The translations under genes and the position numbers were made by a program. The notes beneath the pieces were generated by a model. That model saw nothing but the letters and a program-made list of their open reading frames with translations. It searched no databases and was not told the DNA's origin. Below are positions 50,937 through 60,544 of a DNA stretch of 64,000 nt, piece by piece. Source of the stretch: an uncultured bacterium (lineage in GTDB: Bacteria; Patescibacteriota; Patescibacteriia; UBA9570; XYC2-FULL-38-9). The stretch spans positions 45,322 through 109,321 of the forward strand of contig CALKUP010000001.1 in NCBI GenBank assembly GCA_937996685.1, read 5' to 3'. Numbering within the stretch: position 1 is the stretch's first letter; each line of letters begins with the position of its first letter.

Positions 50937-52522
50937 TCGCTGTCTGCAAAAATTTCAATAAATCGCGGGTCAGCTTTGATGAGTCGAAGCATTCCGTTGT
51001 TTGATGTCTCGACAATTACGGCTTTTGCATGAAAGTCATCGCGAATGTGTTCGAAGACGTTGTCTTTTTGTGTGCCAAGCGTGATGTCATGCCAGAGCCA
51101 GTAGCGCGCTGGATCTTGGTGGTAGAGAAATGTTGGATCCAGTCCGACGATGTAGTGGTTTTGCCGATTCCAATAAAACAATTGCGGGAACATATCCCAG
51201 TCACTGTGAAACACAATATCACCAGGTTGTGTGTGCGCGGCAATCGCTTGAGAGGCTGCTTTTGTATCTGAGTAGACAAATCCAGATTGCAGATCAGCGT
51301 GAACATTTGTGATGTTTTGGATGCCGATGATTGCAATCAGTAAGATAGAAAGAATTGCAATTGCTCCATGGTTTGCGTATAGAATGACTGATTTTGGTGT
51401 TTGGATATATCGAGTCATTCGTTGTTCGATGGTTTCTAGGAATATCGATAACGATGCTCTGTGTGTGGATTCGTTGCGAACGGTGTCTCGGAGTAGAAAA
51501 GCACCACTGATAACCGCCCATGGAATCAGGTATTCAATGTATCGCTGAGATTTCAATGTAAATACCAGTAAAATGGAGCTGTACAAGAATAGTCCAATTG
51601 TTTCTCCAGATAGTCGTTTATAGCGCGTGAGTGCAAATATGCTACTGAGTAGCCAGGGGATCAGGACAATACTGTCTCGTAGTAACATGTTCGAAACAGC
51701 AATCGGATACCACTCTCTGCCGACGCCAATAACGTCTTGTGCGTTTAAGATACCGATCACAATCAGTTGTTGCCAGATGAGTGCAAAATGATCAGGGAAT
51801 GACGGATGGATCAGTAGTCCGCTGGCTGTGCCGATGAGAATAATGCCGAATGCTTTGAGGAGTGAGATTGCTTGTGTACGACGTTCCGTTGTTCGATTAA
51901 TAAGCCACGCGCCAGCGCCGCCAAGGGACAAGCATGCAGCAAGGAGTGGGAGGACGATAAATCCGCCGTAACTCCAGACAAAGAAAAAGCTCACAAGCAG
52001 TAAAAAGCGATGCCAACGTGGCTGCAGAAGCAGCATGACGCTGACAATTAAAAAGAGTGCGCTTGTGCTTGGAGCTTTGACGAGCCCCATGCGAAATAAA
52101 AAGCTGCTTGAAAGCAGCAAGGCAAGTATCCAGAGTTCTGAAAATGGCGCTTTGTTTTTTACGAGCAATGCATAGATGCCGACAATAACAAGGCTCGCTA
52201 AAATAATTGTCAGAATTTTTGCACCAAGAAATGGAGGCAAAAGCGTGACAAAGGGAATCAGTAAAACGTGATAGAGAAAATGATGGTCGGTGTAGTGTGT
52301 GCCGAGAGAGGTGTATGGTAGCCAAGAAAATGTGTGCGGAATATTGTGTGTGTCCCGAATTATTTCGGCCATTGCGATATGGTAGAAGGAGTCTGGGTCA
52401 GTAAAGCGTTCGCTATTGAGCGACCAGCTGTACAACGCAACACTGAGGCAAAATAGCAAAAGCCCAATAAGCAGTCGAGGAGCAAGATGTGAGTGGCGTT
52501 GATGCCAGGGAGTCTGCGTCAT
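50900..52522 (-). CDS. GT-C/STT3-like membrane glycosyltransferase
   Basis: DPDSFYH, HHFLYH, EW.P, SQRY.EY, WD.FP.LF, GLDP.F. Confidence 0.7.
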   Translation of the reverse strand: MTQTPWHQRHSHLAPRLLIGLLLFCLSVALYSWSLNSERFTDPDSFYHIAMAEIIRDTHNIPHTFSWLPYTSLGTHYTDHHFLYHVLLIPFVTLLPPFLGAKILTIILASLVIVGIYALLVKNKAPFSELWILALLLSSSFLFRMGLVKAPSTSALFLIVSVMLLLQPRWHRFLLLVSFFFVWSYGGFIVLPLLAACLSLGGAGAWLINRTTERRTQAISLLKAFGIILIGTASGLLIHPSFPDHFALIWQQLIVIGILNAQDVIGVGREWYPIAVSNMLLRDSIVLIPWLLSSIFALTRYKRLSGETIGLFLYSSILLVFTLKSQRYIEYLIPWAVISGAFLLRDTVRNESTHRASLSIFLETIEQRMTRYIQTPKSVILYANHGAIAILSILLIAIIGIQNITNVHADLQSGFVYSDTKAASQAIAAHTQPGDIVFHSDWDMFPQLFYWNRQNHYIVGLDPTFLYHQDPARYWLWHDITLGTQKDNVFEHIRDDFHAKAVIVETSNNGMLRLIKADPRFIEIFADSDYFVFTLQEPSS

Positions 52523-52708
52523 AGTGGCTAGAGTGTATCACGGCAGCCCTGGTGTTCTCAACTCAGAAACAATAAAACCTCGTCTTCAAGCATGGGTCAG
52601 GCGAGGTTTTATTCGTTCTTGATTTTGCAAAATCTACTGACAACTTATCACATTTTTTTAGCCTGTCAAGTTGACCAAAAATACCCCCCTTTGGTAGGAT
52701 GAACTCCT

Positions 52709-53431
52709 ATGTCAGGACATTCCAAATGGGCAACCATCAAACGAAAAAAAGAGGCTCTTGATTCACGTCGTGGAGCTGTTTTTACCAAGCTGAGTAAGAA
52801 TATTTCTATTGCCGCCAAAAACGGCAAAGATCCAGATATGAATCCGACGCTCCGCACAGCAATTGAAAATGCTCGAGCAGCGAACATGCCAAAGGATAAT
52901 ATCGAGAAGGCGATTTTAAAAGGTGCAGGTGAAGTTCCGGGAGCGATTTATGAAGAATTGCGGTATGAGGCGTATGGTCCGGGTGGTGTTGCGATGATTA
53001 TCGAGTGCGTCACCGACAACACAAACCGAACCGTGTCGTTTGTGCGCAGTACGCTGACAAAAAACGGCTGCAGTCTCGGAAGTTCCGGCAGTGTATTATT
53101 TCAATTTGAACAAAAAGGAGTAATTCAAATTCCGGCGAGTAACTTGTCTGGAGTGGATCGCGAAGAATTGGAGCTTGCATGTATTGATGCTGGAGCGGAA
53201 GATATTGATGACAGTGTTGACGGGATGTTTGTGACAACTTCACGTGAAGCGTTTCATGCGGTTCAGCAGTTTTTGGCTGAACAAAACGTGTCGCCAGCAA
53301 ATGCCGCGCTTGAATGGATTGCCGGGCAAACTGTTGCACTCGATAATGCAACGCAAACAAAGTTGGACAATTTGATTGATATTTTAGAAAGCGACGACGA
53401 TGTGGTATCTGTCCACACGAACGCTGCATAA
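52709..53431 (+). CDS. yebC: YebC/PmpR family protein
   Basis: MSGHSKWATIKRKK, YEAYGPGG, TDN.NRT. Confidence 0.96.
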   Translation: MSGHSKWATIKRKKEALDSRRGAVFTKLSKNISIAAKNGKDPDMNPTLRTAIENARAANMPKDNIEKAILKGAGEVPGAIYEELRYEAYGPGGVAMIIECVTDNTNRTVSFVRSTLTKNGCSLGSSGSVLFQFEQKGVIQIPASNLSGVDREELELACIDAGAEDIDDSVDGMFVTTSREAFHAVQQFLAEQNVSPANAALEWIAGQTVALDNATQTKLDNLIDILESDDDVVSVHTNAA

Positions 53432-53440
53432 TTGGTGTAT

Positions 53441-53944
53441 ATGAAAATTCTTGGCATCGACCCCGGCCTTCATCGTGTCGGAATTGCGGTTGCTGATATT
53501 ACCGCTGGTCGCTACCAGCTTATTCAATGTGGTGTGATTACGACGCCATCTGAATTATCGCTTTCTGTGCGGTTAGTGCAGCTCCGTGATGATCTGACTG
53601 CATTTATCGCGCAACATCCGGATATTGCAGTGTGCGGCATTGAAGAATTGTTTTTTTCAAAAAACGTGACAACCGCTCCAATGGTCTATCAAGCGCGTGG
53701 GGTTATTTTGGAGTTGCTGGAACGCGTTGGTGTGCAATCGGTTATTTCGGTGAAGCCCCAGCATGTCAAACAATATGTCACAGGATCAGGCAGTGCTGAT
53801 AAGCGCGAGGTGCAAGAAATGGTGCGACATACGTTTCATTTGGATGCTGTACCGAAGCCGGATGATGCGGCTGATGCGGCGGCGATTGCGATTGCTGCAG
53901 AGGCGATATTTCGAAGCCAAGGGCACCAAAAAAACGCGTCATAG
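53441..53944 (+). CDS. ruvC: Holliday junction resolvase
   Basis: ILGIDPG, IEELFF.KN, G.G.A.K, DDAADA. Confidence 0.95.
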   Translation: MKILGIDPGLHRVGIAVADITAGRYQLIQCGVITTPSELSLSVRLVQLRDDLTAFIAQHPDIAVCGIEELFFSKNVTTAPMVYQARGVILELLERVGVQSVISVKPQHVKQYVTGSGSADKREVQEMVRHTFHLDAVPKPDDAADAAAIAIAAEAIFRSQGHQKNAS

Positions 53945-53996
53945 ACTCTTGATTTTTTGCTCCGTTTGTGGTATATTGAGTAGGAATAATTTTCCT

Positions 53997-55571
53997 ATGA
54001 AACACTTTTTTCTTTTTAGCGTTTTGTGTGCAACGCTGACGCTGTTTGCGCCACACATTACGTTTGCTCAAGATGTCACGGCAGATCAAGCAGCTCCTGA
54101 GCCACTGGTGGTAAACGCAGGAACAGACGCGGCAGTTGTTGCTGGTCGATCTGTTCGTTTGGCGGCAACTGGCTCCACAAAGCCGGTGAATGTCGAAAAC
54201 CCGGAAATCGTGTACACCTGGGATTTTGGCGACGGATCAACCGATTCTGGGTTTGAAGTAAACCATGTTTATAAAGAAAGTGGTCGATATCGTGCCGTTG
54301 TCACAGGCAAGCGAATCGCAAACGGTGCGAGCGAAGAGATGTCTGATAGTGTTGAAGTGATTGTTCAAGACCGTTTGGCGTTATTAATTGTTGATAAAAC
54401 AATTTCAGCTGAACAAATTGCGCAATTGAAAAATTATGGCGCAACACAAGGGACGCTTGTGAGTGTTATTCAATCTGCCGGCGCGCCGCAAGAATCAGCA
54501 ATGGTGCAAGAACTCGCGCAAGAATTGTTGAAAGCGGAAGATGATGTGCGTTTGGCAAATGTTATTATTACATGGACATCTGGCAATACAGGTATTAACA
54601 CGTTGATTGAGTTGTCTCGTATTTTGGCGTTAAACGGAACGCCGTCAGATCAATACAATTTTGAAGACAAGGCGATTGTGAGTATTTCGGACAATCAGCC
54701 AATTTCAACAAGTGCTCGTTTAGCACAAAATGTGTTTCAAGGGTTGAACCCGGGCTTCATTGTCGTTGCTGATCGTGTGGTGATGAATCCGGCGATTAAA
54801 GCGGAATCTCCAACACAATTGGAAGAAGCGTTGCGATATAGTGATGCACAATATCAAATCATCACTCCATACACCGCGCGTGGCATCGGAAAGTTGTCGC
54901 CGGCAAACTTCTTGTCATTCACAATGAATTACATGGTGAATAACGGAGTTCCGGTTAATTCCTTGTATTTGATTCTCATGCTTCCAGTGCTAGCGACGAT
55001 TGTTGCGGCAACTCGCCAATTGGTTGGTATTAAAGCCTTTGGTATTTTTGTCCCAACCGTGCTTGCGTTGTCGTTTCTTGGAACTGGATTGAAATATGGT
55101 CTGACGATTTTTGTGAGTCTTGTGATTTTGGGTTCGATTGCGCGTCTGCTGGCTCGCAAATTGAAAATCGCCTATTTACCACGCATGGCAATTGTAATTT
55201 CTTTGCTTGCGTTTTGTATTTTCACAATGTTTTTTGTTGGCGCGCTGTTTAACAAAACAGGCTTTATCGCAGTGTCAGTGTTCCCAATTTTGATCATGAC
55301 TGTGATTACTGAGCATTTTATTACCGAGCAAATTGAGCAAGGCTGGAAAAGTGCAATGAAGCTCTCGATTGAGACATTGATTTTGGCATTGATTGGTTTC
55401 TCAATTGCTGATTGGACATGGTTCAAAAGTGTTGTCTTGGCATTCCCGGAATTGATCTTGCTCACTTTTGTCATTAATTATGGTATTGGTAAATTTACTG
55501 GTTTGCGTTTGACTGAATATATCCGATTCCGTCACGTCTTTAAACATATCCGCAATGCTGAAAAGTCTTAA
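53997..55571 (+). CDS. PKD-domain plus 7TM (7TM_transglut-type) membrane protein
   Basis: Signal peptide, YTWDFGDG PKD motif; LMLP...T.....RQ.VG...FG.F.P, FPILI, GLRLTEY.RF. Confidence 0.85.
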   Translation: MKHFFLFSVLCATLTLFAPHITFAQDVTADQAAPEPLVVNAGTDAAVVAGRSVRLAATGSTKPVNVENPEIVYTWDFGDGSTDSGFEVNHVYKESGRYRAVVTGKRIANGASEEMSDSVEVIVQDRLALLIVDKTISAEQIAQLKNYGATQGTLVSVIQSAGAPQESAMVQELAQELLKAEDDVRLANVIITWTSGNTGINTLIELSRILALNGTPSDQYNFEDKAIVSISDNQPISTSARLAQNVFQGLNPGFIVVADRVVMNPAIKAESPTQLEEALRYSDAQYQIITPYTARGIGKLSPANFLSFTMNYMVNNGVPVNSLYLILMLPVLATIVAATRQLVGIKAFGIFVPTVLALSFLGTGLKYGLTIFVSLVILGSIARLLARKLKIAYLPRMAIVISLLAFCIFTMFFVGALFNKTGFIAVSVFPILIMTVITEHFITEQIEQGWKSAMKLSIETLILALIGFSIADWTWFKSVVLAFPELILLTFVINYGIGKFTGLRLTEYIRFRHVFKHIRNAEKS

Positions 55572-57054
55572 TAAAGTTTTAGGCATTAACGCTCGAAACC
55601 GAGTGTATTTGCGAGCCAATAAAAAACACGCTCGCAATATTGCCGATGATAAGCTTGCAACCAAAAAAATCCTCATTGATAACAGCATTGGAACTGCTGA
55701 TTTGCTGGCGGTGATTCATAATACAAATGATATTCGTGAGTTTGATTGGGAGTCCTTGCCGTCAACATTTGTCATTAAGCCAAACAAAGGTTTTGGCGGG
55801 CAAGGTATTTTGGTGATTTTTAATCGTTTGAAAAACGGGAATTGGATTACAACCAACAAAAAACAACTAACGGTCAATGATCTGCAAGAGCATATTCGTA
55901 ATATTTTAGATGGTAATTTTTCGTTATTGAATACAGCAGATACGGCGATTATTGAGTCTCGTCTTTCAATGAGTCCGTTTTTCAAAGTGTTTTCAACCCA
56001 AGGAATCCCAGATATCCGTGTGGTGGTATACAACGGTGTGCCGGTTATGGCGATGATTCGGGTTCCGACCAAAAAGTCTGAAGGCAAGGCAAATCTCGCG
56101 CAAGGAGGTATCGCGATCGGCATTGATATTGCGACCGGCCGGACAACCTATGCTGTTGTGAAGTCATGGCTCTATGAAAAAGAAATTGAGTTTCACCCAG
56201 ACACAGGAGCACAGTTGCGCGGGAAGCAGATTCCGTTATGGAACGATATTTTGCTGACTGCAGTGCGAGCAGCGCAGGCAACAGGCATGCGATATGCTGG
56301 CGTTGATGTGTCAGTTGATAAAGTAATCGGACCGGTTGTATTAGAATTAAATGCGCGACCAGGACTGGGCATTCAAGTGGCAAACATGTTGCCGCTTCGA
56401 GATCGATTGCAACGCATTCGAGGATTGAAAGTAAAATCCCCAGAAAGTGGCATTGCGCTCGCAAAAGAATTATTTGCCGGGCCATTTGATGCCGAAGTAG
56501 AAAATATTACAGGCCGACAAGTGATTGGATTGCAAGAGCCTGTTTCTGTGTGGGCTGATTCAGCTCAAAAAGTGGAAACGTTTGCAAAGATTGATTCTGG
56601 CGCAAAGACAAGTTCGATTGATGAAGCGCTGGCTCGTCAACTTGGGTTTGGCCCTGAGCTGGATCTATTTGCACAGTCTGCAAAACAGAATTTTGCAACA
56701 AAAGTAGAAGCTCATGTGCATGCAGAGCAATTGAAAAAAACACTCAGTGCTCAATCAGAGAAGATTGCTGACGTGAGTGTTGTCACCTCATCTCATGGAA
56801 TGTCGATCCGAATGCATGTCCGGATTACAGTGGTGCTTTCTGGACGGGAAATGATCATTACCCCAAATGTCTATAATCGAGAAAATCTGACATATCCTAT
56901 TTTAGTGGGTGTGACAGATCTTGGATTTTATTTGCTTGATCCGAGTAAAGCAGCGTCTGCAGAAGTGAAGGCCTTTCGGGCAGAGCGCAAAAAAACCATC
57001 GAGGAAAAAGTGCATCACGAAGTAGATATTGCAGAAATCGACGCAGCAGAGTAA
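55555..57054 (+). CDS. Alpha-L-glutamate-ligase-like ATP-grasp fused to a retropepsin-like protease domain
   Basis: LGINARN, DDKL, VIKP..G.GG.GI, PDIR, ANL.QG, ELNARPGL.IQ.AN; C-terminal AKIDSGA..SSID and YPILVG. Confidence 0.88.
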   Translation: MLKSLNKVLGINARNRVYLRANKKHARNIADDKLATKKILIDNSIGTADLLAVIHNTNDIREFDWESLPSTFVIKPNKGFGGQGILVIFNRLKNGNWITTNKKQLTVNDLQEHIRNILDGNFSLLNTADTAIIESRLSMSPFFKVFSTQGIPDIRVVVYNGVPVMAMIRVPTKKSEGKANLAQGGIAIGIDIATGRTTYAVVKSWLYEKEIEFHPDTGAQLRGKQIPLWNDILLTAVRAAQATGMRYAGVDVSVDKVIGPVVLELNARPGLGIQVANMLPLRDRLQRIRGLKVKSPESGIALAKELFAGPFDAEVENITGRQVIGLQEPVSVWADSAQKVETFAKIDSGAKTSSIDEALARQLGFGPELDLFAQSAKQNFATKVEAHVHAEQLKKTLSAQSEKIADVSVVTSSHGMSIRMHVRITVVLSGREMIITPNVYNRENLTYPILVGVTDLGFYLLDPSKAASAEVKAFRAERKKTIEEKVHHEVDIAEIDAAE

Positions 57055-57065
57055 GTTGTATTTAT

Positions 57066-57650
57066 ATGATTGCATTTTTAACGGGAACGATTCATTCCAT
57101 TGATGAATTGAGTATTATTTTATTGGTCAACGGGATCGGATATCGCGTCTATTGTCCGTCAACAACAATCAGTGATATTCACCTTGGTGAAAACATTGAG
57201 TTGTATATCCATCACCATATTCGTGATGATGCGCAAGAGTTATTTGGTGTGCGCGGGCAAGACGAGCATCAATTTTTACAATTAGTATTAAAAGTGTCTG
57301 GCGTTGGTCCAAAAATGGCCTTAACAATGTTGTCGCAATTCACTCCGGCGCAGCTGTATAATGCGGTGATGAGCCAAGATGTCGCGCTATTAACGAGTAT
57401 TTCTGGTATCGGTAAAAAAACAGCAGAGCGGATTGTTTTAGAGTTAAAGGATTCAACCGTGGCAATTTTTTCTGCAGGGACAGCGCCAGCTGCCGCGGTT
57501 GTGCCAAGTGCTGATTCGCTTGTTGTGTCTGCGTTGCAAGGACTTGGGTATCAACAGCAAGAAATTCAAGAAGTGCTTGCGCGGATCGATACAACTCTTG
57601 AACCAGAAGAGCAAATTCGTGCTGCCTTATCAGTATTCGCGCGATCATGA
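57066..57650 (+). CDS. ruvA: Holliday junction branch migration protein
   Basis: MIA.L.G, V.GIGY, VSGVGPK.A, GIGKKTAERI..ELK. Confidence 0.95.
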   Translation: MIAFLTGTIHSIDELSIILLVNGIGYRVYCPSTTISDIHLGENIELYIHHHIRDDAQELFGVRGQDEHQFLQLVLKVSGVGPKMALTMLSQFTPAQLYNAVMSQDVALLTSISGIGKKTAERIVLELKDSTVAIFSAGTAPAAAVVPSADSLVVSALQGLGYQQQEIQEVLARIDTTLEPEEQIRAALSVFARS

Positions 57651-58720
57651 GTGAATTTCAGATTGAATACGAACATGATTCAGAGGACTTATGGGACAGT
57701 GGTCGTGCTTCGGCATATTTCCCGAGTCCCTTGGAGTCTTGGGATTGGAAGGCTGTGCAAGAAGGTGTTGGGAGAGTTTGTCATACAGTGCGAGTGCTGA
57801 CGAATAGCGGGGAATTGCTTGCGAGTACGCTTCTTGTTGAGATGCGCGGATCATTCGGCTTGTATTACTTGTTATCACCGCGGGGTCCTGTGTTAACGCA
57901 TGCGGCTCGGCTTGATTCAGCGCTGTGTGAGCGCATGATGCAAGCATTGCGAGGCGGTATTGCGGCGCATTTTCCAAAAGCATTATTTTGGCGTACAGAG
58001 CCTGATGCTCCTGTTGTGGTTCCGGTGTCTGGAATTCATTTTCAACCTGCGCCATGGAAAACATTCGCAGCCTTTCGGGTGCATGATGTACAGCCGGCGT
58101 GGACTCGCGTGTTGTCATTGCGTGGCGTGAGCGCAGAACAGCTACTTTCCCAAATGAAGCAGAAAACACGGTACAATATCCGCCTCGCTGAAAAGAAGGG
58201 GGTTGTTGTGCGGCAGGTGTTTCGAGATGCTGTGAGCGATGTGGAATGGAACGCGGTTGTCGATCAATGGATTGCATTGCAAGACGAAACAGCGCAACGA
58301 CATGGGATTCAGCATCATGGCGCGGATTATTATCGCGGGCTTGCTGGGGCGCAGTGGCGTGGTCGTTTTGTGTCGTTTGTTGAAGCGTCATACAACGGAG
58401 AAGTGATCGCAATGGCAGTTCTGTTGTCTGATGCAGGCGCCCAAACAGTGACGTATCTCTTCGGAGCCTCAAGTGGTCAATATATGAACGTGATGGCGCC
58501 CTATGCAGTGCAATGGCATGCAATTCAATATGCCTTGCAAGCTGGTTTCGGACAATATGATTTTTACGGCATTGCGCCACAAGGAGCTGCGGATACACAT
58601 TCGCTCGCAGCAGTGAGTCGCTTTAAAGAAGGATTTGGCGGTGAGGTGTTTGTCTATCCAGGAACCTACGATTTCCCCATTCGGCCATTTTTGTATAGTC
58701 TGTATAGACTAAAACGATAA
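57647..58720 (+). CDS. FemAB/MurM-type peptidoglycan bridge peptidyltransferase
   Basis: PRGP, MKQKTRYNIRLA.KKGV, YLFGAS, YDFYGI, FK.GFGG. Confidence 0.9.
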   Translation: MSEFQIEYEHDSEDLWDSGRASAYFPSPLESWDWKAVQEGVGRVCHTVRVLTNSGELLASTLLVEMRGSFGLYYLLSPRGPVLTHAARLDSALCERMMQALRGGIAAHFPKALFWRTEPDAPVVVPVSGIHFQPAPWKTFAAFRVHDVQPAWTRVLSLRGVSAEQLLSQMKQKTRYNIRLAEKKGVVVRQVFRDAVSDVEWNAVVDQWIALQDETAQRHGIQHHGADYYRGLAGAQWRGRFVSFVEASYNGEVIAMAVLLSDAGAQTVTYLFGASSGQYMNVMAPYAVQWHAIQYALQAGFGQYDFYGIAPQGAADTHSLAAVSRFKEGFGGEVFVYPGTYDFPIRPFLYSLYRLKR

Positions 58721-58724
58721 ACGT

Positions 58725-59657
58725 ATGACAAAACGGATTGTAACGATTGGCGGAGGTTCCGGACAACCTGAATTATTACGCGCTTTAAAACAATACCCAT
58801 ATCGACTGTCGGCGATTGTGTCGATGATGGACAACGGGGGATCGTCTGGGATATTGCGCGATGAAGAAGGCGTGCTGCCTCCTGGAGATTTGCGACGCAG
58901 CATCACCGCGCTTGCGGACGAGAGTGTCGCAGCTGACATGAGCACTGCCTGGGAAGAGCGAGACGAGGCAGGTCACGCGGCAGGGAATATTGCGTTGGTT
59001 GAAAAAACGCATGAATTTGGTGATATGCAATTGGCGGCTGACTGGTTTTTACAAGAGGCGCAATCAGAGCACGAAGCAATTTGTTCAACGCTTGAACCAA
59101 CGGATTTGGTGGCTGATTTTTCTGATGGAACACGTGTGTTCGGTGAACATGAAATTGATGTGCCAGAGGCGTCACGTCGTGATCCCAATGCACGTATTGA
59201 ATATTTGAGTTTAGAGCCTGTTGTATCAGCCGCGCCGCGTGCATTCCAGGCAATTAAATCAGCAGACGCGATTGTGTTATCAATGGGTGATGTGTTTACG
59301 AGCGTGATTCCGGTGTTGCTGCTTGAAGGGCTCAACGAGGCAATTGCAGATCGTCAGGCACTCGCGCGTATTCCTGTGATTGCGGTGTGTAATCGAACAA
59401 CAAAATTGGGAGAAACACATGGATTTTCAATGAAGCAATTACTTGATACATTTGCGCTCTATCTTGAGCCAGGAATACTAACTCATGCAATTGTTGATTC
59501 ATATAGTGTACCAGTGCCCGAAACCGCAGAAGCGTTTTCTGTAGAAGATATGGACACACCAATCTCAATATCTCGGGTTGATTTAAGTGATGAAAATAAT
59601 GCGGCAGTTGTCAGTGGATCGAAGGCCGCAAAAGCGATTCATGCAATTGTTCAATAA
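58725..59657 (+). CDS. YvcK/GlmR (CofD-like) family protein
   Basis: IGGGSG, D.GGSSG.LR, LPPGDLR, FTSVIP. Confidence 0.88.
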   Translation: MTKRIVTIGGGSGQPELLRALKQYPYRLSAIVSMMDNGGSSGILRDEEGVLPPGDLRRSITALADESVAADMSTAWEERDEAGHAAGNIALVEKTHEFGDMQLAADWFLQEAQSEHEAICSTLEPTDLVADFSDGTRVFGEHEIDVPEASRRDPNARIEYLSLEPVVSAAPRAFQAIKSADAIVLSMGDVFTSVIPVLLLEGLNEAIADRQALARIPVIAVCNRTTKLGETHGFSMKQLLDTFALYLEPGILTHAIVDSYSVPVPETAEAFSVEDMDTPISISRVDLSDENNAAVVSGSKAAKAIHAIVQ

Positions 59658-59659
59658 GT

Positions 59660-60277
59660 ATGAAAAAACTCGTTATTGATTTTGACTACACAGTATTTAA
59701 CACAACGGCAATGCGACAGGCGTTTGTCGATGTTCTTGTAGCAAACCACGATATCTCACCAGAGATGTATCACGCAGCGGAACGGCAGATTGTTGAGACG
59801 CACGGCGGCTATCTACTAGATGCTCATCTCGCAGCACTAGCGGTTGATGCTGAGGAGCAAGCGATTATGATGCGTCATTGCTTGGAAGTTCTCAAGGGTG
59901 CTGGACAGTGGATCTATTCAGATGTGAAAGTGGCGCTAGAAGCGGCGCGTGAGAGTGGAGTGCATGTGACATTACTGTCGTTAGGGGATCCGCAATGGCA
60001 AGAATTAAAGATTGATGCGTCGGGTATTGCGCAGTGGTGTGATGAAGTGCTTGTGACGGCGAGTCCGAAGGTTGAGCAAGCGGCTGTGTTTGTTGGCGAC
60101 GACATTGTGTGTGTAAATGACAAGGGCGCAGAAATTGATGAAATTGCTGGAAAATATCCAGATATTCAGTGGTTTTGGGTGACGCGCCCGGAAGCGCCAT
60201 ATATTCACTTCATCCCAAAAACAACGCATGTGCAAGTCTCGAGTTTTTCTGAGATTTCTGCTATACTGACTGCATAA
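59660..60277 (+). CDS. HAD-like hydrolase
   Basis: DFDYT, LS.G...WQ..K, NDK..E. Confidence 0.75.
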   Translation: MKKLVIDFDYTVFNTTAMRQAFVDVLVANHDISPEMYHAAERQIVETHGGYLLDAHLAALAVDAEEQAIMMRHCLEVLKGAGQWIYSDVKVALEAARESGVHVTLLSLGDPQWQELKIDASGIAQWCDEVLVTASPKVEQAAVFVGDDIVCVNDKGAEIDEIAGKYPDIQWFWVTRPEAPYIHFIPKTTHVQVSSFSEISAILTA

Positions 60278-60298
60278 TCATTGAAATATCAACGATAT

Positions 60299-60541
60299 AT
60301 GTCAGATCTGCAGTCACATAAAACCAATCGGATTGAAGCACTTGGAGCGCGTTTGACGTTTTCGTACTCAGAAGGTGTGTCTCGCACGGTTCTTGAAGAG
60401 CTTGAGGCGGCGATTAAAGAAGATCCGCATTTTTTCACAAATTTGTCAGCGGTTACGCCAATGCGCTGGACATCGACGCATACATATAAAGCGTATCATT
60501 TATTGCGTAAAGGAAATTACGAGTTAATTATTGAAGCATAA
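60299..60541 (+). CDS. Small hypothetical protein
   Basis: Fills the gap in a co-oriented gene run. Confidence 0.5.
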   Translation: MSDLQSHKTNRIEALGARLTFSYSEGVSRTVLEELEAAIKEDPHFFTNLSAVTPMRWTSTHTYKAYHLLRKGNYELIIEA

Positions 60542-60544
60542 ATC

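Noticed and set aside
57645-58598. 317-aa minus-strand ORF
   Set aside because: Antisense to the FemAB gene
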